Of a stretch of 64,000 nucleotides of DNA, positions 18,801 to 30,800 are shown piece by piece; position 1 is the first letter of the stretch; every line of letters begins with the position of its first letter. Both the position numbers and the translations under genes were made by a program. The notes beneath the pieces were generated by a model. That model ran no database searches. It saw only the letters and a program-made list of their open reading frames with translations, and was not told the origin of the DNA. This stretch comes from Spirochaetia bacterium (GTDB lineage Bacteria > Spirochaetota > Spirochaetia > SP-2023). Where the stretch lies: the NCBI GenBank assembly GCA_965225855.1, contig CBDDCK010000005.1, forward strand, positions 1,061,509 to 1,125,508. Direction: 5' to 3'.

Positions 18801-21800
18801 ACAGCAGCAGGATCGCGGATTATTTAAATCATCTACAACAGTAGAAATTAAATAGTGTCCTTAGACTTATCTATAGCCTTATCCAAAGATACAATCTACA
18901 ACAGTAGAAATTAAATAGTGTCCTTAGACAGGCAAACCATATCTTTTACCTATATCATCTACAACAGTAGAAATTAAATAGTGTCCTTAGACAGCACCAA
19001 TTAACGCTCCAATACCTGCATCTACAACAGTAGAAATTAAATAGTGTCCTTAGACAAAACAAAATGATGATTTTAACTTTGAATCTACAACAGTAGAAAT
19101 TAAATAGTGTCCTTAGACTTTGCATCCTTCAAAATCAAGGTCTCATCTACAACAGTAGAAATTAAATAGTGTCCTTAGACGTTGGATCGCCTAAATATTG
19201 GGCTGCATCTACAACAGTAGAAATTAAATAGTGTCCTTAGACTTTGCATCCTTCAAAATCAAGGTCTCATCTACAACAGTAGAAATTAAATAGTGTCCTT
19301 AGACGTTGGATCGCCTAAATATTGGGCTGCATCTACAACAGTAGAAATTAAATAGTGTCCTTAGACGATGCAATAACAGAAGCCAAAGCATTATCTACAA
19401 CAGTAGAAATTAAATAGTGTCCTTAGACGTGGCAGATTTTATGAAGTTCTTACAATCTACAACAGTAGAAATTAAATAGTGTCCTTAGACCTACTATGAT
19501 ACACCAACAACCGAAACAATCTACAACAGTAGAAATTAAATAGTGTCCTTAGACCCCAATTCACCAGCAAAACACAAACATCTACAACAGTAGAAATTAA
19601 ATAGTGTCCTTAGACGCCCATGATCTTTTATTGATTAAGAATAATCTACAACAGTAGAAATTAAATAGTGTCCTTAGACTATAAGCATAAGCAGCAGACG
19701 CTGCCAATCTACAACAGTAGAAATTAAATAGTGTCCTTAGACTTCTGGGGAACCAGTAATCCAATTTGTATCTACAACAGTAGAAATTAAATAGTGTCCT
19801 TAGACGCACCTTAGTAAAACCACGTTTGTTGTTATCTACAACAGTAGAAATTAAATAGTGTCCTTAGACTAAAAAAGACTGTACACCTTTGCACTATCTA
19901 CAACAGTAGAAATTAAATAGTGTCCTTAGACTTTATTCCTCCTTCTTGTTTCGCATCAATCTACAACAGTAGAAATTAAATAGTGTCCTTAGACTTGCAC
20001 GCAACAAAAACAGGGCAAAGCTATCTACAACAGTAGAAATTAAATAGTGTCCTTAGACATTTACAGCGATAAAGTAAAGTTACATGATCTACAACAGTAG
20101 AAATTAAATAGTGTCCTTAGACAACAAAGTGAAACAAGCCATAAAAAAGTATCTACAACAGTAGAAATTAAATAGTGTCCTTAGACATGGATGATATTAT
20201 TCTTCTTTCTATATCTACAACAGTAGAAATTAAATAGTGTCCTTAGACATGGATGATATTATTCTTCTTTCTATATCTACAACAGTAGAAATTAAATAGT
20301 GTCCTTAGACGTGCTTATATCAACGGCGCAGATTATATCTACAACAGTAGAAATTAAATAGTGTCCTTAGACTCGAAAGCGCACGAAAAAGCCAAGAAAT
20401 CTACAACAGTAGAAATTAAATAGTGTCCTTAGACACGCTCTACAGGTTATCAATGCTTTTGAATCTACAACAGTAGAAATTAAATAGTGTCCTTAGACTA
20501 CCTCACTATAAAACCACGGAATACATCTACAACAGTAGAAATTAAATAGTGTCCTTAGACATTTACAGCGATAAAGTAAAGTTACATGATCTACAACAGT
20601 AGAAATTAAATAGTGTCCTTAGACACGCTCTACAGGTTATCAATGCTTTTGAATCTACAACAGTAGAAATTAAATAGTGTCCTTAGACCTGCAAAATCCC
20701 ATAATTTAGATCATAATCTACAACAGTAGAAATTAAATAGTGTCCTTAGACAGTCGAGAAATCCGGTTTCAGACTGATCTACAACAGTAGAAATTAAATA
20801 GTGTCCTTAGACTTAATCTAAATAACCAAAAGAAACCGAATCTACAACAGTAGAAATTAAATAGTGTCCTTAGACGTACCTATTAGTACAAATACTTATA
20901 TAATCTACAACAGTAGAAATTAAATAGTGTCCTTAGACTTTTGTTATTTTTTATTTAAGTTTTAAATCTACAACAGTAGAAATTAAATAGTGTCCTTAGA
21001 CCTTTGCTATTTCTTCGCCTTGAGGTTGAATCTACAACAGTAGAAATTAAATAGTGTCCTTAGACTTTAACTGTAGAAGAAATAATAGAAGAAATCTACA
21101 ACAGTAGAAATTAAATAGTGTCCTTAGACGAACAAATTAAAAAAGTTTTTAAGGAATCTACAACAGTAGAAATTAAATAGTGTCCTTAGACTTCCCACTT
21201 AGTAAAAAAACAAGTAAATCTACAACAGTAGAAATTAAATAGTGTCCTTAGACCGTCTGATCCTTTAATTGATGCATTTTATCTACAACAGTAGAAATTA
21301 AATAGTGTCCTTAGACTTTTCTTTATCAAGATTAAATAAATCGATCTACAACAGTAGAAATTAAATAGTGTCCTTAGACAAGCTAAGCACGCACAGCTCA
21401 ATAAACATCTACAACAGTAGAAATTAAATAGTGTCCTTAGACTTTACCATATAAACCTAGCGATGTCATAATCTACAACAGTAGAAATTAAATAGTGTCC
21501 TTAGACAAACATTGTTCCAAGGCCAAAGCCAAATCTACAACAGTAGAAATTAAATAGTGTCCTTAGACAAACTTGGTATTGATTCCGGTCTTTTATCTAC
21601 AACAGTAGAAATTAAATAGTGTCCTTAGACGATTTGCGGATTGGCGAAAAAGGCTTTATCTACAACAGTAGAAATTAAATAGTGTCCTTAGACTTTGTGG
21701 GTCTGGTGTAGAAATTAATTATCTACAACAGTAGAAATTAAATAGTGTCCTTAGACGTCGAGGCAGCTGGGTACCTTATCGAATCTACAACAGTAGAAAT

Positions 21801-24800
21801 TAAATAGTGTCCTTAGACCACTTAAATATAAAGTGGCCCGCAGAATCTACAACAGTAGAAATTAAATAGTGTCCTTAGACGCCAAAAACCTACCTTACAT
21901 AGCAAAAATCTACAACAGTAGAAATTAAATAGTGTCCTTAGACCGCAATAGCCGTATTTTTTTATGATGCATCTACAACAGTAGAAATTAAATAGTGTCC
22001 TTAGACATGGGTTTGTTCGTTGTGGGGTTTTTCATCTACAACAGTAGAAATTAAATAGTGTCCTTAGACAAATCTCTTGGTGTTAGTCATTCCAAATCTA
22101 CAACAGTAGAAATTAAATAGTGTCCTTAGACAAACAACAGATTTAACACCACAAGAAATCTACAACAGTAGAAATTAAATAGTGTCCTTAGACAAAAGCA
22201 GCAGAAATCTCTGTAGAAAATCTACAACAGTAGAAATTAAATAGTGTCCTTAGACTTGTGCGCCTGTTTCGCTGGGATTTGATCTACAACAGTAGAAATT
22301 AAATAGTGTCCTTAGACCCAAAACAGCAGCGTGGAGCGTTGCTGATCTACAACAGTAGAAATTAAATAGTGTCCTTAGACCAAGTTAAGAAATTATTGAT
22401 GCAAGGAATCTACAACAGTAGAAATTAAATAGTGTCCTTAGACTTAATCAGTCTAGTTGAAAAATCTATATCTACAACAGTAGAAATTAAATAGTGTCCT
22501 TAGACTTAATCAGTCTAGTTGAAAAATCTATATCTACAACAGTAGAAATTAAATAGTGTCCTTAGACCGCTAATTGCCCTGTAAGCTGGGCGTTGATCTA
22601 CAACAGTAGAAATTAAATAGTGTCCTTAGACAGTTTATGTTAAATCTGCCGATAATTATCTACAACAGTAGAAATTAAATAGTGTCCTTAGACCCGTTTA
22701 TTAATTCTTTATCAGAAGATATCTACAACAGTAGAAATTAAATAGTGTCCTTAGACCCGTTTATTAATTCTTTATCAGAAGATATCTACAACAGTAGAAA
22801 TTAAATAGTGTCCTTAGACAGTTTATGTTAAATCTGCCGATAATTATCTACAACAGTAGAAATTAAATAGTGTCCTTAGACAAAACAGGGAAAAGCTGAA
22901 ACCCCTAATCTACAACAGTAGAAATTAAATAGTGTCCTTAGACATTGACGCCTTTAGTTTCAAAATCCTATCTACAACAGTAGAAATTAAATAGTGTCCT
23001 TAGACAAACTATGAAAGAAATCCACTTTTAATCTACAACAGTAGAAATTAAATAGTGTCCTTAGACAGTGGTTTAAAGTTTGCATTTGAACGATCTACAA
23101 CAGTAGAAATTAAATAGTGTCCTTAGACCGAAACAAGACTGAAACAAAAACTGAAAATCTACAACAGTAGAAATTAAATAGTGTCCTTAGACCGCAGCAA
23201 CCAATAGATTGGTCGCACAATCTACAACAGTAGAAATTAAATAGTGTCCTTAGACCACTTGGCAAAAACACCAAGAGCATTAATCTACAACAGTAGAAAT
23301 TAAATAGTGTCCTTAGACCTTGATGGCAATAATGCTGAGCGACAGCATCTACAACAGTAGAAATTAAATAGTGTCCTTAGACCTTGATGGCAATAATGCT
23401 GAGCGACAGCATCTACAACAGTAGAAATTAAATAGTGTCCTTAGACCAACCTTGTGGTCAAGATCGATCATGTATCTACAACAGTAGAAATTAAATAGTG
23501 TCCTTAGACGCGTAAAATTTCATCTGATCAGACTTAATCTACAACAGTAGAAATTAAATAGTGTCCTTAGACTTATTTTCGTTTAGCAAAAAAAAGGAAT
23601 CTACAACAGTAGAAATTAAATAGTGTCCTTAGACCTTTGCCTGAAGCCCAAGAACATTTTATCTACAACAGTAGAAATTAAATAGTGTCCTTAGACTTCG
23701 TATTTTACGGCAATCATAGTAAGATCTACAACAGTAGAAATTAAATAGTGTCCTTAGACTTCTAAGATCATTAGGTTTGAGCACAAATCTACAACAGTAG
23801 AAATTAAATAGTGTCCTTAGACAAAAAAAAGGGAAGCACCGCCTCCCAATCTACAACAGTAGAAATTAAATAGTGTCCTTAGACTGCTGGGTCTCGCTAT
23901 ACAGAGTTCCTATCTACAACAGTAGAAATTAAATAGTGTCCTTAGACTATAAAGGATATAAAGAATAGATATAAATCTACAACAGTAGAAATTAAATAGT
24001 GTCCTTAGACTATAAAGGATATAAAGAATAGATATAAATCTACAACAGTAGAAATTAAATAGTGTCCTTAGACTATAAAGGATATAAAGAATAGATATAA
24101 ATCTACAACAGTAGAAATTAAATAGTGTCCTTAGACAGAGCTTTTGTCAATTGAATTATCAAATCTACAACAGTAGAAATTAAATAGTGTCCTTAGACAT
24201 TTTCAAGCCCGATATGGCTTAGAATCTACAACAGTAGAAATTAAATAGTGTCCTTAGACATAGTTGGTACCACAAATAAAGCAATATCTACAACAGTAGA
24301 AATTAAATAGTGTCCTTAGACCGAGACGCCCTTGCACAGGGCAGAGCGCAACGGCATCTACAACAGTAGAAATTAAATAGTGTCCTTAGACTTACAAAGG
24401 GAAAATACAAAAAACAGAAATCTACAACAGTAGAAATTAAATAGTGTCCTTAGACAGAGAAAGATGGGAGTCTGACAAACTAAATCTACAACAGTAGAAA
24501 TTAAATAGTGTCCTTAGACTCCAGCTGCTAGAGGCAGCTGGGGCTTAATCTACAACAGTAGAAATTAAATAGTGTCCTTAGACCACTGTGCTGCCCATAA
24601 AGGTTATACTATCTACAACAGTAGAAATTAAATAGTGTCCTTAGACTTCCTTGTTTACTCGTTATACAGATTATATCTACAACAGTAGAAATTAAATAGT
24701 GTCCTTAGACCTACAATGCAAGCATTGTAATCGGTATGATCTACAACAGTAGAAATTAAATAGTGTCCTTAGACCTACAATGCAAGCATTGTAATCGGTA

Positions 24801-27800
24801 TGATCTACAACAGTAGAAATTAAATAGTGTCCTTAGACTGCAAAACCACAAAAGCCATTGTTGACATCTACAACAGTAGAAATTAAATAGTGTCCTTAGA
24901 CGCTCTACTGTTAAATTAAACGAAATAGATCTACAACAGTAGAAATTAAATAGTGTCCTTAGACAGATCAGAAGTCAAAGAAACAGGATCAATCTACAAC
25001 AGTAGAAATTAAATAGTGTCCTTAGACACGGTTTAGAACCAGTTACGGAAATATCTACAACAGTAGAAATTAAATAGTGTCCTTAGACAAAAATCGAGCC
25101 GACATCACCGAACAAATCTACAACAGTAGAAATTAAATAGTGTCCTTAGACTCCAAGACTGATTGAACCCACTGAATATCTACAACAGTAGAAATTAAAT
25201 AGTGTCCTTAGACAGGAGTCTATTATGGACAAACTATTCATCTACAACAGTAGAAATTAAATAGTGTCCTTAGACAAACCGCCATGGTCCAGCTGCTCTT
25301 GATCTACAACAGTAGAAATTAAATAGTGTCCTTAGACAGAAAGATCAACGGAAAAATTCTCAGATCTACAACAGTAGAAATTAAATAGTGTCCTTAGACC
25401 CAATAATGCTAGATGACAGGTTCTTGCTATCTACAACAGTAGAAATTAAATAGTGTCCTTAGACCCAATAATGCTAGATGACAGGTTCTTGCTATCTACA
25501 ACAGTAGAAATTAAATAGTGTCCTTAGACTCAATATCTAAATAATGCCGCAAAAGCGATCTACAACAGTAGAAATTAAATAGTGTCCTTAGACCAGTAAA
25601 ATTGCCAAGACGACCGCCAGATCTACAACAGTAGAAATTAAATAGTGTCCTTAGACTTTTTTGGTATTCCAATACCTGAAACTATCTACAACAGTAGAAA
25701 TTAAATAGTGTCCTTAGACACGAATTGGCAGCGGCAAGCAGATCGTCATCTACAACAGTAGAAATTAAATAGTGTCCTTAGACTTTGGTTTTACCCCGTG
25801 GCTGGTCTTATATCTACAACAGTAGAAATTAAATAGTGTCCTTAGACTTCTCTGTGATTCTAACTGTTATTTATCTACAACAGTAGAAATTAAATAGTGT
25901 CCTTAGACTTAAAGATATAGAAGTTTTAGATCGACTAATCTACAACAGTAGAAATTAAATAGTGTCCTTAGACCACAATCAAACGCTTAAACAAAATAAT
26001 CTACAACAGTAGAAATTAAATAGTGTCCTTAGACCTCAGTACCTCTCATAAGACCAGTAACAATCTACAACAGTAGAAATTAAATAGTGTCCTTAGACAC
26101 GATTGCCTTTGGTATCGGCACATCTTATCTACAACAGTAGAAATTAAATAGTGTCCTTAGACCACAATCAAACGCTTAAACAAAATAATCTACAACAGTA
26201 GAAATTAAATAGTGTCCTTAGACATTAGGGTAGTTGAGTAGGTAGAAAAGATCTACAACAGTAGAAATTAAATAGTGTCCTTAGACATTAGGGTAGTTGA
26301 GTAGGTAGAAAAGATCTACAACAGTAGAAATTAAATAGTGTCCTTAGACATCTTTCGCAAAATCCAAGTAATCCAATCTACAACAGTAGAAATTAAATAG
26401 TGTCCTTAGACATTGGGCTGCCTATAAAGGGCATACGATCTACAACAGTAGAAATTAAATAGTGTCCTTAGACCAAGAAAATCTTTCTTCAGTCGGAGTA
26501 ATCTACAACAGTAGAAATTAAATAGTGTCCTTAGACCTATTACTTCCCCATACACTCAACCTCATCTACAACAGTAGAAATTAAATAGTGTCCTTAGACG
26601 CCATAAGTAACAGAAAGACCAGACCTAATCTACAACAGTAGAAATTAAATAGTGTCCTTAGACTTTTTGGTATTCCAAATACCTGAAACTATCTACAACA
26701 GTAGAAATTAAATAGTGTCCTTAGACAACCAGATACAAATTAATCTAAACAAAATCTACAACAGTAGAAATTAAATAGTGTCCTTAGACAAAAAATCTAA
26801 ATATGGGAATTTTAAAAATCTACAACAGTAGAAATTAAATAGTGTCCTTAGACCTGCAAACATTAGCCATTTTTGACCAAAATCTACAACAGTAGAAATT
26901 AAATAGTGTCCTTAGACTATCCTTTTTTCAATATCTTTTATACATCTACAACAGTAGAAATTAAATAGTGTCCTTAGACAGCCAGCGCAAAATGCAAATT
27001 TTTATATCTACAACAGTAGAAATTAAATAGTGTCCTTAGACGAGTACATTACCTCGGAAAAGCACAGCGATCTACAACAGTAGAAATTAAATAGTGTCCT
27101 TAGACTTTCTATATTTTTGCCTTAGCATTAATCTACAACAGTAGAAATTAAATAGTGTCCTTAGACGAGTACATTACCTCGGAAAAGCACAGCGATCTAC
27201 AACAGTAGAAATTAAATAGTGTCCTTAGACTTAAATAAGTGAGCAATTTTTCATCCGAATCTACAACAGTAGAAATTAAATAGTGTCCTTAGACTTTGTA
27301 GATGAAGCGCACCGAGGTAAATCTACAACAGTAGAAATTAAATAGTGTCCTTAGACTGCAAAAATATCTAAAAAAAGAACTCATATCTACAACAGTAGAA
27401 ATTAAATAGTGTCCTTAGACTGCTTCTGCTTCTGTCGTTGTATTTTTATCTACAACAGTAGAAATTAAATAGTGTCCTTAGACTAACACGACTACCTTTA
27501 AAAGTAATAATCTACAACAGTAGAAATTAAATAGTGTCCTTAGACGATAAAGATTAGATATTTATCCCATATATCTACAACAGTAGAAATTAAATAGTGT
27601 CCTTAGACTGCAAAAATATCTAAAAAAAGAACTCATATCTACAACAGTAGAAATTAAATAGTGTCCTTAGACATAATTCTTTTATTTTCCACCCCTAAAT
27701 CTACAACAGTAGAAATTAAATAGTGTCCTTAGACTTGTAACGGGTAAAGTTTTAAAGCACAAATCTACAACAGTAGAAATTAAATAGTGTCCTTAGACGG

Positions 27801-30800
27801 TATATTAGTACCTTGCACTACCAGATCTACAACAGTAGAAATTAAATAGTGTCCTTAGACTTTGTTAGCTGCACGCAATTCACCTGATCTACAACAGTAG
27901 AAATTAAATAGTGTCCTTAGACTCTCTTTGAGCATCCATTTTTTATTTGGATCTACAACAGTAGAAATTAAATAGTGTCCTTAGACTCTCTTTGAGCATC
28001 CATTTTTTATTTGGATCTACAACAGTAGAAATTAAATAGTGTCCTTAGACTCTCTTTGAGCATCCATTTTTTATTTGGATCTACAACAGTAGAAATTAAA
28101 TAGTGTCCTTAGACAGCAAGTTTCTCCGCTTGGGCTCTCAATCTACAACAGTAGAAATTAAATAGTGTCCTTAGACGTCTATCCACCACGCGGATTGATT
28201 GAACTCTTTGAGCATCCATTTTTTATTTGGATCTACAACAGTAGAAATTAAATAGTGTCCTTAGACAGCAAGTTTCTCCGCTTGGGCTCTCAATCTACAA
28301 CAGTAGAAATTAAATAGTGTCCTTAGACGAAATATATTGATATGTAACCACGACTATCTACAACAGTAGAAATTAAATAGTGTCCTTAGACTAGACCTAA
28401 ATTAATTGCATAATACAAGATCTACAACAGTAGAAATTAAATAGTGTCCTTAGACCCAGCTGCTAGAGGCAGCTGGGGCTTAATCTACAACAGTAGAAAT
28501 TAAATAGTGTCCTTAGACTAGACCTAAATTAATTGCATAATACAAGATCTACAACAGTAGAAATTAAATAGTGTCCTTAGACATAAGGCTAGATGACACC
28601 TTCTTTACTATCTACAACAGTAGAAATTAAATAGTGTCCTTAGACGAACAAGGATTAAATCCATTCAACAGGATCTACAACAGTAGAAATTAAATAGTGT
28701 CCTTAGACCCCGATATGGCTTAGATACAAAAGCTAGATCTACAACAGTAGAAATTAAATAGTGTCCTTAGACTACTTGACGAACCAACAGAAAAATAAAT
28801 CTACAACAGTAGAAATTAAATAGTGTCCTTAGACTTCAAATAGCAGCAGATAAGCAAATTGCATCTACAACAGTAGAAATTAAATAGTGTCCTTAGACCT
28901 ACAATGCAAGCATTGTAATCGGTATGATCTACAACAGTAGAAATTAAATAGTGTCCTTAGACTGTTAGGTGGAAAAGGAAGAGAGAAGGATCTACAACAG
29001 TAGAAATTAAATAGTGTCCTTAGACACCTCGAATATACAGACCCAAGCCCAATCTACAACAGTAGAAATTAAATAGTGTCCTTAGACAATCGACAATAAA
29101 GAAAAAAGGTAAAATCTACAACAGTAGAAATTAAATAGTGTCCTTAGACGTTAGCCGAATTGCAAAACGACTGAATATCTACAACAGTAGAAATTAAATA
29201 GTGTCCTTAGACATTGCAAGACGATGCTGTAAGTCAAAAATCTACAACAGTAGAAATTAAATAGTGTCCTTAGACATTGTTCAGCTTTATGAAGAAATTT
29301 TGAATCTACAACAGTAGAAATTAAATAGTGTCCTTAGACGCGAAAAGCCATAACCACGGGCAATTATCTACAACAGTAGAAATTAAATAGTGTCCTTAGA
29401 CTTCTATCATTATTGCGCCCTTGATGGATCTACAACAGTAGAAATTAAATAGTGTCCTTAGACCTTCTATTCAGAGGCGTGTTGCTGACCTATCTACAAC
29501 AGTAGAAATTAAATAGTGTCCTTAGACTGTCGCTCTATGGAAGTACCCTTCAATCTACAACAGTAGAAATTAAATAGTGTCCTTAGACACTGGAACTTAA
29601 CAAAGACGGACTTGATCTACAACAGTAGAAATTAAATAGTGTCCTTAGACAGCAATCTTAGAAAAAATGGATAGGGAATCTACAACAGTAGAAATTAAAT
29701 AGTGTCCTTAGACACCAAGCCTATTAAATCTATTGGTTGGATCTACAACAGTAGAAATTAAATAGTGTCCTTAGACAACGGTACACACTCTAATTCACGA
29801 GTGATCTACAACAGTAGAAATTAAATAGTGTCCTTAGACGTTAGATTTTGTGGACATAACTTTTTATCTACAACAGTAGAAATTAAATAGTGTCCTTAGA
29901 CCCCAGCTTTACTGCCAAGGATATTTTATCTACAACAGTAGAAATTAAATAGTGTCCTTAGACCCCAGCTTTACTGCCAAGGATATTTTATCTACAACAG
30001 TAGAAATTAAATAGTGTCCTTAGACCCCAGCTTTACTGCCAAGGATATTTTATCTACAACAGTAGAAATTAAATAGTGTCCTTAGACTGGCTATAACACT
30101 ATCCCCCACAAGAAAATCTACAACAGTAGAAATTAAATAGTGTCCTTAGACATTCTATCATGTTTTTAAGCGAAAATATCTACAACAGTAGAAATTAAAT
30201 AGTGTCCTTAGACTTAACCGTACAAGGTACTGACTTAAATCTACAACAGTAGAAATTAAATAGTGTCCTTAGACTATTACTTCTCCCTACACCCAACCTC
30301 TATCTACAACAGTAGAAATTAAATAGTGTCCTTAGACTAACTGTCTGCTCAATTTGTCTCCTACATCTACAACAGTAGAAATTAAATAGTGTCCTTAGAC
30401 AAGGTCGGTATCGAGACGATCGTGAAATCTACAACAGTAGAAATTAAATAGTGTCCTTAGACTTTCAGAGGTCTTACAGACTTCTGGTACATCTACAACA
30501 GTAGAAATTAAATAGTGTCCTTAGACTAATGTAAATGGTAATATAGATTATGAATCTACAACAGTAGAAATTAAATAGTGTCCTTAGACCTAGCGAAGAA
30601 ACAATCAAAGCTAGTCAATCTACAACAGTAGAAATTAAATAGTGTCCTTAGACCTAGCGAAGAAACAATCAAAGCTAGTCAATCTACAACAGTAGAAATT
30701 AAATAGTGTCCTTAGACTAGTAATATAACTTGCGGCGCTATCGAATCTACAACAGTAGAAATTAAATAGTGTCCTTAGACCCTGAATAAAATAGCTAGTA

